Of a stretch of 64,000 bases of DNA, positions 52,406 through 64,000 are shown piece by piece. The notes beneath the pieces are model-generated. The model was not told where the DNA came from, ran no database searches, and saw only the letters and a list, made by a program, of their open reading frames with translations. This stretch comes from Octopus sinensis (taxonomy: Eukaryota). The position numbers and the translations under genes are program-made. Location of the stretch: the NCBI RefSeq assembly GCF_006345805.1, contig NC_042997.1:58466001-58530000 (forward strand). The letters are read 5' to 3'. Each line of letters begins with the position of its first letter. The first letter of the stretch is position 1.

Positions 52406-53469
52406 CTTACAGATATAATGACGGCTGCGACTGACGAAGCACCATTGATGGTGGTCTCCTACCAAGAATTCACTGCACACTTAAAATAAGTCAGTGCCAT
52501 ACATTATTTTTACTGTATGGGTGAGGTATTGTGTAATACATAGATAACATTTAGTTGTAAAAATTCTTTGTGGTCACTTGTATCACTCATTGTAACACGT
52601 CGCTACGGTAATTAAATTAAGAAACATTCTTTTAGTGATATAGACTGCGGTGAGAACAAAGCAATCAAAAATTAAATTAGGATTCAAGTTTGTTGGCTGT
52701 TAAAAGGCGCCAGTCTGTGGAGCTTTTGGAAACAGTAAGGGAAGTCTTTTAGAATAGAAATGTTTTCCTGCTATTTAACATGAAGATTAGAAACTACAAA
52801 CTTGTACGTCAGATTTATATTTCAAATTTAATTAAATTAATTTGCATTTGCAAAGGAGATGAATTAAGTTTTATCAAAATGAAGGCTGTTACATATATAT
52901 TAGTTTCTAAGTTTATTTTGTTCAAAATCAATTTGGTATGCAAAGAATTTTACCAGTTTTCGTGTCTTTCTGCATTCAAATATAAAAGAAAAATATATGA
53001 TCATGGCGTTTAGCTCTATTGGGAGCATTTAATAAATAACTTCGCGGGATAATATTCTCGCTACGAATATTCCAAACTGAGCCTTAGACACATTTTCAAG
53101 TATTAAAGAAACAACGCTATAACAAGAAGTGATTGAAAACCAAAGAACAATTGAAAAAAATCATATTTAAAATCAGCATCATTATTACTGACTACAGCAC
53201 CAATTTAAGAAATCTTTTCTGGATTATGAACTCACGTGAAAATTTTCTAAATTTGCTTCCATAAACAACTGAATTTGGATTTAGTGACCGTCACGAGCAT
53301 TTTGTTAAAAAAAAGAGAAACCAGTAAATAGTAAAACGGTATGATTTAAAGATGCTGCATAATAAAATTGCACCAAATGTAGAAAAATTACTCACACGAA
53401 GGCCCATCCTTCACATCAATAAACCAAATAAATTTAAATGTTTTGTATAACTACATTTTGGGCAATATT

Positions 53470-53620
53470 TTTCGAGAAGCGGGCCGTATGAAACATGGCT
53501 CGTAATCAGGCGCGCCGCGCAACTGAAAAATATTCAAGGCAAATTCTCATTGGGCGTGTCATTCAGAAAGTACCGTCGGGCGTAGTTTGCTCTGACTCTC
53601 TTAGGCATTACAATAAAGGC
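53470..53620. promoter_or_regulatory. CpG-rich patch, possible promoter or first-exon region
   Basis: ggcgcgccgcgc, gggcgtg and a CCAAT on the minus strand stand out in AT-rich DNA; minus-strand donor cgt|gtgagt at ~53392. Confidence 0.25.
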
Positions 53621-54377
53621 TTACTGACTTTTCGGGGTAAGGCATGAAGATGAAATATAAGGCTCTAAAAGGCAACGATAGCCCGAAAATGTTTTTAAAA
53701 ATAATGATTTAGATAAATACAATACATAGATGTCGTTTCGTAAATGTCAAGCATTTCAATTTTGATTTCATTCGAAGACAGAGTCTATTACATTTTATCT
53801 ATATTTAGATACAAAATTTACCAATAAATGAACGAATACTGAAATATGGCTGGTTATACACAAGAACTAAGGGAAGACGTACACATAATTTTTTTTCAAT
53901 TATGCAAAAAAGATAAAAAGAACGAATGAAAAAAATTAAACTTATTAAGGAATAAAAGATTACATATGCGATATAATAGAAATTACGGAGATGAATAGTT
54001 TTAGCTGAAAGATTTTTCATCAATTTCATGTCACGTTTATATGCGTTGGACTGAAAATCAATATTAATCCGTCTGCAACGCTAGGTTGAAGCTTGATATG
54101 GAAGTCTACATCACCTAGACATTAAACTTCTGCCTGTCAAAAGTATTTTCAAAAGTTTGACCTTAACGTCCATGCTTGTTTTCAGACTTTTAGTTGGCCC
54201 TTGTTCCATACGCCCTTCTCTTTCGTAATTCCCAAGTTACTCTTATAGTGGAAAAAATATTTGGAATGTGTATCATGTATAATTCATAAAATTAGAGAAA
54301 TACGTCCTATGTATCACGTGTCCTGTGCTTACACAGGGCAGGCAGAGTTAAAGAAACAGATTTGAGGCTTAAACTTC

Positions 54378-54963
54378 TGTAGTGGATGCGTGGATGTATT
54401 AATAAATACATAAGTGCTTTGTAATAAATTAAAGATTTATTATCACTACATCAATTTGTAAGCAATGTTACACATCGCTTGTACAAAATGCATATTAAAT
54501 AGTGGTTGCAAATAATACATATTAAAGGAATGCATAATACAGGATACACATTAAAGCAGAATATGTTTGATGGTGCGTGTGTGTGCGTGTGTGTAAATCA
54601 TGCATGACAGAGTCACCTTTCTGAATATTCTTTCGTCGTCCTCATAAATGCGTGACGTTCTCTTAAACGTTGGTTCGGCTTCTCTCCTAGATACCTATTT
54701 CTCCGTTCTATTTATAACATCTCAAATAGCCAGAAAAATAGATATACCGCAAGAGTGTTATTGCGTACAGTAGGTCGCTGGTCGTCCTGTTAAACTTCGC
54801 CTGACCTGCTCGGGTCAGAGGTCGAAGGGAGACGATCCATCATTTTTTGTCAGAACAAAGAGATTCTGATTTCGCGCCTTTTTGTGCATTGGTATTTTAC
54901 GACCAATGATTCTTGGGTCTGATTTCGAATCCAAGCTTTGAGAAGGAAGTGCTAATTCTTACA
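54378..54963 (-). repeat. 3' LTR (586 bp)
   Basis: tgtagtgg...ttcttaca; no difference found by eye from 59672-60257. Preceded by TSD cttc (54374-54377). Confidence 0.95.
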
Positions 54964-54976
54964 CTACCCCCCTTCT
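54964..54976 (-). promoter_or_regulatory. Polypurine tract AGAAGGGGGGTAG
   Basis: Immediately 5' of the 3' LTR on the element strand. Confidence 0.9.
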
Positions 54977-55535
54977 AGTGAGAAAGCCACAGAGATCGAA
55001 CGATATTGGAAATGTATTATTATTATTATTTTTATTATTTTTTTTTTTTTTGATTGTGTGAATGTAGAAAAAAAATTTTTTTTACACATTGAACGATAAA
55101 AATATGGATGAAAGGTTTACAATTTGTATGTGCTATATGGTGGGCAATATGTATATGTGCCCAGGCAGAATTATGTTGGCGCGTTGAAAGAGATGTGCGT
55201 CTATTGATTACTCGACCTACTAGAGGTCTAATAGAGACAAGGTATCTTTCAGTGGCGAAAAAAAAAATCGAGTGATAGCACGCATGAGAACAAGATTTGT
55301 AAATGTGTGTGGATATACAGTTAGCAAAAAAATATATTTATGAGAATGCAAACATTTTGAAGAGAAAACAAAAAATATGTACATGCAAAAATGAAAGAAA
55401 TGTTCATCGGCAAAGTTCGATTTTGAAATGTTCCGTAAAAGTTCATACAGACAGTTTTTGTTTTCATTTTTTTTTTTCTTTACGTACACAAATGTTCTTT
55501 GATTTCTCTGGGTGGGTGATGCAGTTATGTGTTCA

Positions 55536-56222
55536 TTAGGAAGATGGATACGTTAGGAGTTCAGAACTTACCCGAAAAACTTGCACAAACCTTGCTGGCC
55601 ATCGAACTGTTCTTCCTGATTTGGTGTGTCGGGGTTGTGCAGCATCTGTGGTGTTCGCTGGAGTTGCCGAGTCTGTTTGAGGAAAAGAGGGGACTGAATG
55701 TAAGTCCTCCTCGATGAAGGCTTTTTTTAAACGATCAATCGAGACCGTATTTCGTTTACCTCCAATATCGAGGACGAAATACTTGGGTTCTCTTTTGATG
55801 ACCTTGTAGGGCCCGGAATATGGTGGTCGAAGTTGAGAGGGTATCCCATCATTCCTCACGAAGACATGAGTCCATGTGTTGATATCTTTTGGGACACGTG
55901 AAACGACGTTCTGTTGTCTGGGGCCTGAGGGTGATACTTGCGACATGGATGTTCGTAATCGGTGCACATATTGTTGTGGGTCAGGGAAGTTTTGTGAAAC
56001 AGGTTCGATCATCTGCCCAGGTAAGGTGAGTGTTGTGCCATAAACGAGTTCGGCCGGAGTATATCCCAGTTCTTCCTTAATCGTGGATCGAATTCCAAGG
56101 AGGATGAGAGGGAGATGTTCCAACCAGTGAGAACTGTCTGGAGCTGCTTTTATAGATGCCTTGAGTTGGCGGTGAAAGCGTTCCACCATGCCATTTGCTG
56201 CAGGGTGGTAAGCTGTAGTGCG
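55536..56222 (-). CDS. Integrase C-terminal part (out of frame with pol by 1 nt), with GPY/F motif
   Basis: [32 protein letters not shown] and TKSGR motifs. Frame break near 56222-56226. Confidence 0.9.
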   Translation of the reverse strand, partial: RTTAYHPAANGMVERFHRQLKASIKAAPDSSHWLEHLPLILLGIRSTIKEELGYTPAELVYGTTLTLPGQMIEPVSQNFPDPQQYVHRLRTSMSQVSPSGPRQQNVVSRVPKDINTWTHVFVRNDGIPSQLRPPYSGPYKVIKREPKYFVLDIGGKRNTVSIDRLKKAFIEEDLHSVPSFPQTDSATPANTTDAAQPRHTKSGRTVRWPARFVQVFRVSSELLTYPSS

Positions 56223-58702
56223 GTGTGTTTACACCCGAGGAGACGAGTCAGCTCGGTGAAAAGGTGGGAATCGAACTGACGTCCTCTGTCGGTGGTAATT
56301 GTTGCGGGTGTGCCAAAACGCGAAACCCATTGTGATATCAGCGTTTTAGCGACCGTTTCTGCTGATATATCAGATAGGGGCCAGGCTTCGGGCCATCGCG
56401 AGAACCTATCTACGCAAGTTAGCAAATATGAATAGTTCTGCGAAGGTGGCAGGGGTCCAACGATATCAATGTGAACGTGCTGAAATCGTGCATCGGGCTG
56501 CGAAAATGAACCGATTGGTGATTTTATGTGCCGGTGGATTTTCGCTTTTTGGCACGCAACACAGCACTTGGTCCATTCTCTGATATCCTTGTTGATACTG
56601 GTCCACACAAAACGGGTCGATATTAGCTTTTGAGTGGAGCGAATACCAGGATGTGACAGAGAATGTAGAGCGGAGAAAACTTCTCGACGATATTTCTGTG
56701 GTACATAAGGGCGTTGGTAACCAGTGGAAATATCACACCAAATATGGGCTGTGGATGATGGTAGTGGAACATGCTGAAATTTCAGAGATGACGAATTCCG
56801 GAGCTTTAGAAGTTCTTCGTCATTCTCCTGGTCAGCTGCTATACGTGCCAGATCAATTGTAGACGTGGTGTGGATAGCATTGATCTGCGCACGTGAAAGT
56901 GCATCGGCTGCCACGTTGGTCGTCCCTTTGATGTGGCGTATATCCGTCGTGTACTGCGATATGAAGTCGAGGTGACGAATTTCTCTCGGCGAATGGCGAT
57001 CCGGTTTGGTGTTAAATGCGTATACTAATGGCTTGTGGTCGGTATATATGGCAAAATTGGTACCTTCTAGCATATGACGGAAATGCTTAACGGCCAGGTA
57101 TGCCGCCAATAATTCCCGACTGAATGTGCTGTATTTGGTTTCCGCGGGTTTTAACCGCTTAGAAAAGAAAGACAACGGTTGCCATATACCGTCAACAAGC
57201 TGTTGTAGCACACCTCCGATTCCGGAATCGGATGCATCAACGAGTAAACATCGTGGGGCGTCTGGTTTTGGATAAACCAACATGGTAGCGCTAGATAACG
57301 CTTTTTTCAGGGCAGCGAAAGAAACGAGTTGATCTTCGGTCAGAGCTATATCTGCGTTTTTGCAGGTTCGCTGACGTAGCAAATCCGTGAGCGGTTGCGC
57401 TATTTCAGCGAGGTGGGGCACGAACCGTCGATAGAAATTCGCTAGACCGAGATATTCCCTTAATTTGCGGAGAGATGTGGGTGGTGGAAAATCCACGATG
57501 GCCTTGACTTTCTCGGGAAGAGGACGAATTCCATTTTTATCGACTATATGGCCGAGAAAATGAAGGGAAGCAACTCCGAACAAACATTTGGTAGGGTTGA
57601 TAACAATTCCAAATTGACGTAGTCGTCCGAATAGCAGGTGAAGGTGTTGATTATGATCTTCGTCCGAGTTACTGGCCACGAGTATGTCGTCTATGTAGGC
57701 ATAGACGAAAGGCAAACCTCTAGTCACCATGTCGATAAACCTTTGGAATGTCTGTGCCGCGTTTCGTAAACCGAAAGGCATACGCAGGAATTCAAACATT
57801 CCGAAAGGTGTAGTCACTGCTGTCTTTGAGATGTCTGCAGGTTCGACTGGGATTTGGTTGTATGCTCGCACCAGGTCGATTTTTGAAAAGATGCGAGCTC
57901 CATGCAGCGAGCTCGAAAAGTCCTGAAGAAAAGGCACCGGATAGGCATCACTGATAGTGCTTTTATTCAGTGATCGATAATCGCCGCAAACCCGCCAATC
58001 GGTCGATGATTTTTTTGGGACGCAGTGTATCGGCGAGGACCAGTTGCTGCTGGAAACGCGGATGATTCCGAGGTCGAGCATGTGCTGGAATTCCCGCTTG
58101 ACGGCCTGGAGACGATCAGGTGGTAACCTTCTGGGCCTTGCAGCAACAGGTGGACCGCTGGTTTTGATGTGGTGGGTAACGTCGTGCTTTATCGGCTGGT
58201 TATGAAAAACTGGCCGGGCGACATCTGGATAATCATTCAGGATGGAACTGTGACGAGTCGTTGTCGTAAGCATTACAGTTGGGCTGACTGTGTCCATTCG
58301 AGCGGCTATACCGCGCACAGTAAGCTTGGTGGTGGTGTCGACAAGTCGTCTGTTCTTTATGTCTACCAGGAGACCGAAATGATGCAGGAAATCGGCTCCT
58401 AAGATAGGGGTCGGCAGTTTAGCGACGACGAATACCCACTGAAATGTGCGGCGTAGTCCTATGTTTAATGTTAGGGACTGTTCACCGTAGGTTGGAATGG
58501 GTGAATGGTTGACTGCCTGAAGACAGACTGATGTCTCTTTTCTTTTTCCAGAAGTGTTGGAGACTGGGATGATGCTGACTTCCGCACCTGTGTCAACCAG
58601 GAAACGCGTGCCTGTTACACGATCGCAAACGAAAAACAGGCGACTGTGTGGGTGCGAACCAGGAACTTCCGTCGCGTTCAATTCCTGGCTGTGCCGTTTC
58701 CC
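56150..58702 (-). CDS. pol: Pol: aspartic protease, reverse transcriptase, RNase H and integrase N-terminal part (entered by -1 frameshift)
   Basis: FLVDTGA (PR); [27 protein letters not shown] (RT); [24 protein letters not shown] (RH); HHCC zinc finger, HIDIVGP and ITTDRG (IN). Confidence 0.95.
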   Translation of the reverse strand, partial: GKRHSQELNATEVPGSHPHSRLFFVCDRVTGTRFLVDTGAEVSIIPVSNTSGKRKETSVCLQAVNHSPIPTYGEQSLTLNIGLRRTFQWVFVVAKLPTPILGADFLHHFGLLVDIKNRRLVDTTTKLTVRGIAARMDTVSPTVMLTTTTRHSSILNDYPDVARPVFHNQPIKHDVTHHIKTSGPPVAARPRRLPPDRLQAVKREFQHMLDLGIIRVSSSNWSSPIHCVPKKSSTDWRVCGDYRSLNKSTISDAYPVPFLQDFSSSLHGARIFSKIDLVRAYNQIPVEPADISKTAVTTPFGMFEFLRMPFGLRNAAQTFQRFIDMVTRGLPFVYAYIDDILVASNSDEDHNQHLHLLFGRLRQFGIVINPTKCLFGVASLHFLGHIVDKNGIRPLPEKVKAIVDFPPPTSLRKLREYLGLANFYRRFVPHLAEIAQPLTDLLRQRTCKNADIALTEDQLVSFAALKKALSSATMLVYPKPDAPRCLLVDASDSGIGGVLQQLVDGIWQPLSFFSKRLKPAETKYSTFSRELLAAYLAVKHFRHMLEGTNFAIYTDHKPLVYAFNTKPDRHSPREIRHLDFISQYTTDIRHIKGTTNVAADALSRAQINAIHTTSTIDLARIAADQENDEELLKLRNSSSLKFQHVPLPSSTAHIWCDISTGYQRPYVPQKYRREVFSALHSLSHPGIRSTQKLISTRFVWTSINKDIREWTKCCVACQKAKIHRHIKSPIGSFSQPDARFQHVHIDIVGPLPPSQNYSYLLTCVDRFSRWPEAWPLSDISAETVAKTLISQWVSRFGTPATITTDRGRQFDSHLFTELTRLLGCKHTALQLTTLQQMAWWNAFTANSRHL
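58658..58702 (-). promoter_or_regulatory. -1 ribosomal frameshift signal: G GGA AAC + 6 nt spacer + stem-loop
   Basis: Heptamer GGGAAAC (58696-58702) lies in the gag frame and a -1 slip enters pol (GKRHSQELN). Downstream stem gCCAGGAAu/gUUCCUGGu. Confidence 0.8.
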
Positions 58703-59514
58703 GAACTGGGTGAGGAAAACGAGCACGGTACCGTACATTTTTGTGCCCGTGTTCCGAATGTTCGGTGGTACCAACACGTGTCATGTGAGTTTCGGGTAGC
58801 ACTGGGGCTTCGAGACCGTCTGCCATCTCGTCGAGATCGGCTGGTGCTTCGACGCTGGGGACTAAACTTTAGGGCTTGTATTTGGGCTGTGAGAATTTGT
58901 ATTTGCGCAGCTTGCTGCGTCATTAATGCACGCAAATCCGAAATCTCTGAAGAACTGGTTTGTGCACGGAAAGGATTGGTACTGGGAGCGGCTGGCGTCA
59001 CCGTCGATACCGTTGGATATCTGTGCGGTACTTCGGCTATTTTGTCAGCTAGCTCCGCCAGTTCTTCAAGGGATGTGTTTTCTCTGGTGGACGCGAGAAC
59101 AACCTGGGTATTGGAGGGCAGACGCTGGAGAAAAAGTTGCTTGAAGATTTTTTCTGGGAGCGTCTCATCTCCGAGAAGCTGTTTCATTCTCCGAAGAAGC
59201 TGGGACGGCGTTTTGTCACCCAATTCTTCCGATATCAGAAGCTGGTGAAGTCTTTTTTGTTGGGATTCTGAGGTTCTGTTTATTAACGTGGTTTTAAAAA
59301 CTTCATATGAAACAGAACCGGGTGGTGCCATGATAAGGTCGCGTATCACGTTCGTTATTTCTGGTGACAGAGAACTGATAACGTGAGAAAGTCGAGCCGC
59401 ATCGCTCGATATTCTGTGAGAGGCAAACTGTGCCTCTATATGGTGAAACCACAATGTCGGGTCGTGGGTCCAGAATGGTGGAATTTTTAACGAGATCGCC
59501 GCTTGGAATGCCAT
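58678..59514 (-). CDS. gag: Gag (278 aa) with C-x2-H-x9-C-x3-C motif
   Basis: [20 protein letters not shown]-terminus, [20 protein letters not shown] and [18 protein letters not shown]. Confidence 0.92.
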   Translation of the reverse strand: MAFQAAISLKIPPFWTHDPTLWFHHIEAQFASHRISSDAARLSHVISSLSPEITNVIRDLIMAPPGSVSYEVFKTTLINRTSESQQKRLHQLLISEELGDKTPSQLLRRMKQLLGDETLPEKIFKQLFLQRLPSNTQVVLASTRENTSLEELAELADKIAEVPHRYPTVSTVTPAAPSTNPFRAQTSSSEISDLRALMTQQAAQIQILTAQIQALKFSPQRRSTSRSRRDGRRSRSPSATRNSHDTCWYHRTFGTRAQKCTVPCSFSSPSSGNGTARN

Positions 59515-59658
59515 GTCGATGTTGGCCGCTGGGTTTTGTTCCGGGAGATTGATTGTTTTTGTCGGAATTTTCAGTTGCTTCGTTGCTGGTGATGTGCAAA
59601 CTGTAATTCTTCGACGCGGTTGATGAAGCTGGTTCCAGGGAAGGCGCGATTCGTTTTA

Positions 59659-59669
59659 CGGGGTCACCA
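59659..59669 (-). promoter_or_regulatory. Primer binding site TGGTGACCCCG (tRNA-Trp)
   Basis: 2 nt from the 5' LTR. Complementary to the tRNA-Trp 3' end (...CGGGGUCACCA), the same 5' PBS sequence as in avian sarcoma-leukosis viruses. Confidence 0.9.
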
Positions 59670-59671
59670 AA

Positions 59672-60257
59672 TGTAGTGGATGCGTGGATGTATTAATAAA
59701 TACATAAGTGCTTTGTAATAAATTAAAGATTTATTATCACTACATCAATTTGTAAGCAATGTTACACATCGCTTGTACAAAATGCATATTAAATAGTGGT
59801 TGCAAATAATACATATTAAAGGAATGCATAATACAGGATACACATTAAAGCAGAATATGTTTGATGGTGCGTGTGTGTGCGTGTGTGTAAATCATGCATG
59901 ACAGAGTCACCTTTCTGAATATTCTTTCGTCGTCCTCATAAATGCGTGACGTTCTCTTAAACGTTGGTTCGGCTTCTCTCCTAGATACCTATTTCTCCGT
60001 TCTATTTATAACATCTCAAATAGCCAGAAAAATAGATATACCGCAAGAGTGTTATTGCGTACAGTAGGTCGCTGGTCGTCCTGTTAAACTTCGCCTGACC
60101 TGCTCGGGTCAGAGGTCGAAGGGAGACGATCCATCATTTTTTGTCAGAACAAAGAGATTCTGATTTCGCGCCTTTTTGTGCATTGGTATTTTACGACCAA
60201 TGATTCTTGGGTCTGATTTCGAATCCAAGCTTTGAGAAGGAAGTGCTAATTCTTACA
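59672..60257 (-). repeat. 5' LTR (586 bp)
   Basis: Direct repeat of 54378-54963. Followed by TSD cttc (60258-60261). Confidence 0.95.
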
Positions 60258-61442
60258 CTTCCTTCTGATATATTTAATTCTTTCTGATTGATTTTTAGAA
60301 TTGTTACATATTCACGGCTTTATGCATTCTGGTTTCAAATCTCGTTGAGTTCAACTTTGCCTTTCATTCTTTCATCTTAAGGTCTATAAAATAAAATTAG
60401 TAGTAATTACTGACTGAGCTCTATATAATCGACTGTGCACACCAAATTTTCTAACGTTGTAACTATGTTAGAAATCAATAACTAGGTAGAGATCGCAGAT
60501 GCTGTTTACCTACTTGAGTAATTCATTTTGCTGATTTCAAATCCCACTGGAATCAATCTTAACTTTTACCTCTCTCTCGGGATAGGAAAAATATTTACTG
60601 ATATAAATTTGCTCAACTCTATCTATCCCTTTCTTGATTGTGAAGCCACTGTGGAAATCTCTACCCAACTGTTCGACCTATTTGAAATAGCAGCCAAATC
60701 ATGCTCATATTCCACACTATCGTCTTGAGAGAAAAGAAGCTCACATTAAATGTAATCCTAATTGCACTGTGTCTCGAGAGTAGGAGAAAAGATGACCTAC
60801 TCGATCTGAACAAACAATAACGACACGTAAATGTCATACATTAATAATTACTTCCGCATCAAAAATCTTGAACAAGAAATTATTGACGAAAATGTTTCAA
60901 ATTCCATGAAAATGTTGCCATGTTTGTCAAGTGGACAATACTACGTCAATCATTGTTTATTGATTAGCTAATCAGTTTTATTGCCTTAGTATTTATTTAC
61001 TATTCGTGATGCCACGTTAATTAAATACATCAAATCGAAGCAGAAATTAACAAACGTCCGCTTGAGATTCTCGTAGTTTATAAACAGAGAGTTGTCGACT
61101 CAGGCAGACGTTGTATCTAATTAATTTAATACGTTGCTATGACCGGACATAAACAACTGATGTTCGTCATACACATATTTTGATTTTTCTGTAGTCTCTC
61201 ACTGGGACTATTTTAATTTTAACTTTAAATTTATTTACAAAACAACAATAGCAACAGCGGCAACATCAGCACCAAATAAATGACATCAATAATATCAGTA
61301 ACAATGGCTTCAACGCTATCTAAAAATTTAAAAACAAAAAACATTTTGAAGCTGCATCTTCAATGTATGATTTAATTATTTTCCTCATTAGCACAAAATT
61401 AAGATAAAAGAAGCGATGTTGATGAGTTTGCTTGTATTATAG

Positions 61443-61760
61443 ACTAGCAGTATCGCCCGGCGTTGCTCGGGTTTGTTTCGACCCGCTGGAATTGTAATTT
61501 TGAAAAGTAAAAATTTTGTGAACATTTTTCTGGTCGAAATACACCGAAAAGTGGCGACACAGCAGTGAAAAAATCGTAAAAAATAGGGATTTTCATAGAA
61601 AAAAGCATCTTTTTGATGTAAATAATTTTTGGTGTTAACATGGTCCGATTTGAATTTTATGTTCTACGGAAGGAAGAGCAACCCTTCTTCTACCATACTC
61701 TCAATTTTGGTCAACTTGCGCCGCAGGGTCTCGGAGGAGATAGTGTTAGTTGAAGGTTAC
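61443..61760 (+). mobile_element. Probable Helitron-like non-autonomous repeat
   Basis: Starts actagcagtatcgcccggcgttgctcggg with a short hairpin, resembling Helitron-derived repeats. No coding evidence. Confidence 0.35.
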
Positions 61761-63611
61761 CATTGTAGGTGCCTGAGTAACAACCTCGCGGATTTACAGA
61801 TAAATGAATTAATTACTATTTTACAGAATAAAATTAAATAATTCTTGAAAATTAATTAATATTAATATTTTTTGAACAAAGTAAATAATTTTTAAAACTT
61901 AAATAATAATTTTTTTTACACAAACGCGAACGGGGAAAAGGGGGTGGCGAATTCGATTTACATACCTAAATTTTTTCTTTTTCATGACATTGTAGCAAAA
62001 TAGTAGTGAATTATATAAATACCAGCAGTAAATTTTTTTTTCTGGGGTATTTTTTTTCAACCTCGTCACATATTTGCCCCTTTCAATTAAAAAAAAGTCT
62101 TAATTAAGCAATTACGGCAGCTTAGCAATGGTTTCAATACAGGCGTGACATCTGTATCTCAATTGTTCAAAACCCTTCGAATTTTTTCGCACGTGATGAT
62201 ATCATAGTGAAAACTTCAGTTATTTCTGTCTTTCACTCTGTCTGTCTCTTTACACACACTAACAAAAGCACTTCACTTACACACCACACTTTCTGTGTCG
62301 CACAACCCATCAAACACACACACACACACATGTACATCAATGCTTTCGAAGTGAAATGTTAAAATATTGAGTTTTCTCGAATTTTGTCTTAATTGGGGGT
62401 GAAATTGAAAGAAATATATTATGGCATGAGCGAATGGAGTACTTTGAAAAATCTTAGGTAAATTCTAATTGAAGAAATTGTGTGAGGAGTAAATGGTTAT
62501 GTATTTATTTGTTTCTGTTTGCTGTGTTTTTTTATTTTTTGAGTAGTGGTTTAAATACTTTCAGTTTAGTCTTCCTCAAATCACTCTGTCGCTATTTACT
62601 TTCATTTTATTCGTTGCACACTGTGTGTGTGCGTTTGCGTGTGGTGTAAACCAGACTAAGAAAAGCATTTGACACACACACCAGAATGTGAGTTTTCTGT
62701 AAATTTTGCTTAATTGGAGTTTAAATTTTAAAAACTGGACCTGGCATGACGCGATGCATTGTACTCTTAAAAATGCCAGGTAAATTGTAATTGAAGAAAT
62801 CCTATATTGTAGATTTGTATAACTCCCAAAGGGTGGCAGATAAAATCTGCCTTTTATAATAAGAGATATTGAAATTATAATTGTTATTGTCATTTAACCC
62901 TGGGCCAATTCTTTACGAGCGGACCCACGATTGGAAGTATTTCTGTCGTGACCACTCAGTTTTTTTTTTGTGTAAGAACCAAATTGTCCAATGTACATTT
63001 CCTTATTGTATGGACAGTAAAGTATATGATTTGAGGAAATTTGGCTGAAATTTCTAGCAGGTCAATCGGGTGCATAGTGATTCCCTCGGGTGAGGCTGCA
63101 TTGCTTTGTTGGTGCAGATGTAGTTCCATGTATAACGTTATTAGATCACATTCACCAACAATGTTTGCCATCATTTTTTAAAATCCCTAATCGAGCAGAT
63201 TCTTATCCAAAGATATTCTATCCATGACCATTCTGCCGATTCCACAATCATAATGTATCTATGGTTATATAATCTAATGGATCCTTCCTATTTTTTTTCA
63301 GATTGATAAAATGTAATTTGAGATAAATCTAGCCGCTATGCCTAGCAGATCAAGAGATCAGGTAGAGTATTGATATTTAAATCTAAAACCTTACTATACC
63401 TTTAATTATTTCTAACCACAACCCGGAGGTCACGATACCTCAATTGGAAATCCTTGACGTAAAAGCTCCTCTCGCTGTCTATGTAGAAGCTTTTCTCATT
63501 TGCGTGTGGCTGCATTTGTGACGTCCGTGGACATGATTGCATTAGTGGTGTTGGTGTGAGCCAAAGTAGTTCTTTTGTTATTGTTTATTATCTAGCTGTA
63601 AACTTAAGAAA

Positions 63612-63936
63612 AACTGGCTCTCCGTCGGCTGCAAGGAGGAGGGTTCCAGTTGATCCGCTCAACATAACAGTCTGCTTGTGAAATTAATGTGCAAGTGACT
63701 GAGCGCTCCACAGACACGCGTACCCTTAACGTAGTTCTCAGAAAGATACAGCATGACACAATGTGACAAGAGGGGAGGCCTTTGAAATACAGGTTTTACT
63801 CATTTTTACTAGCTGAATAGACTGAAACAACGTAAAATAAGGTGTCTTGCTTAAGGACAAAACGCGTCGCCGGGAATTGAACTCATGACCTTACGATCGT
63901 GAGCCAAATACCCTAACCATTAAGCCATGCGCCTTC
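63612..63936 (-). mobile_element. SINE family C copy
   Basis: Reverse complement aligns with 12791-13095. Confidence 0.8.
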
Positions 63937-64000
63937 ACTTGTCTAGATGTAGAACAGCTTGATTAAGCAAATTTATGACTGTCAGCGTTTCATACATGGC

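Larger units (their letters stand above)
54378..60257 (-). mobile_element. Full-length Ty3/gypsy LTR retrotransposon, CsRn1-like clade, very recent insertion
   Basis: Two 586 bp LTRs (TG...CA), 4 bp TSD CTTC, PBS for tRNA-Trp, PPT, gag with CHCC motif, and PR-RT-RH-IN domain order. Confidence 0.97.

Noticed and set aside
58646-59248. 200 aa plus-strand ORF and other short ORFs opposite gag/pol
   Set aside because: Antisense shadows of GC-rich retrotransposon coding sequence; no motifs.

Overview
AT-rich, microsatellite-saturated eukaryotic DNA; the SINE/LINE repertoire suggests an Octopus genome (inference). Three layers are visible. (1) A minus-strand, multi-exon FAD-dependent monooxygenase-like gene: four exons (28242-28421, 20876-21073, 18899-19115, 5365-5543) join in phase and rebuild the DG motif (VCDGAQGS) and a GD motif split across a 13 kb intron (EGDAAMCYNFSTG|MDVNIG); the N-terminal exons were not resolved. 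(2) Its introns contain a dense set of hammerhead ribozyme (HHR) motifs. Two diverged subfamilies of a ~356-357 nt tandem/fold-back unit (22200-22991 and 26958-28740) each carry a type I HHR with covarying stems and a palindromic stem III, i.e. retrozyme-like elements. Further HHRs lie in Penelope-like element (PLE) termini, including a U3-A8 compensatory core variant. (3) A very young, near-intact CsRn1-type Ty3/gypsy LTR retrotransposon (54378-60257) with apparently identical 586 bp LTRs, 4 bp TSD, tRNA-Trp PBS, PPT, a -1 frameshift signal and one integrase frameshift. Also present: CR1/L2-type LINE fragments sharing a covarying double stem-loop 3' tail with a tRNA-derived SINE, several other SINEs, PLE fragments, a 5S rRNA-derived fragment and a 100-N gap. 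All alignments and folds were done by eye; no database search was possible.
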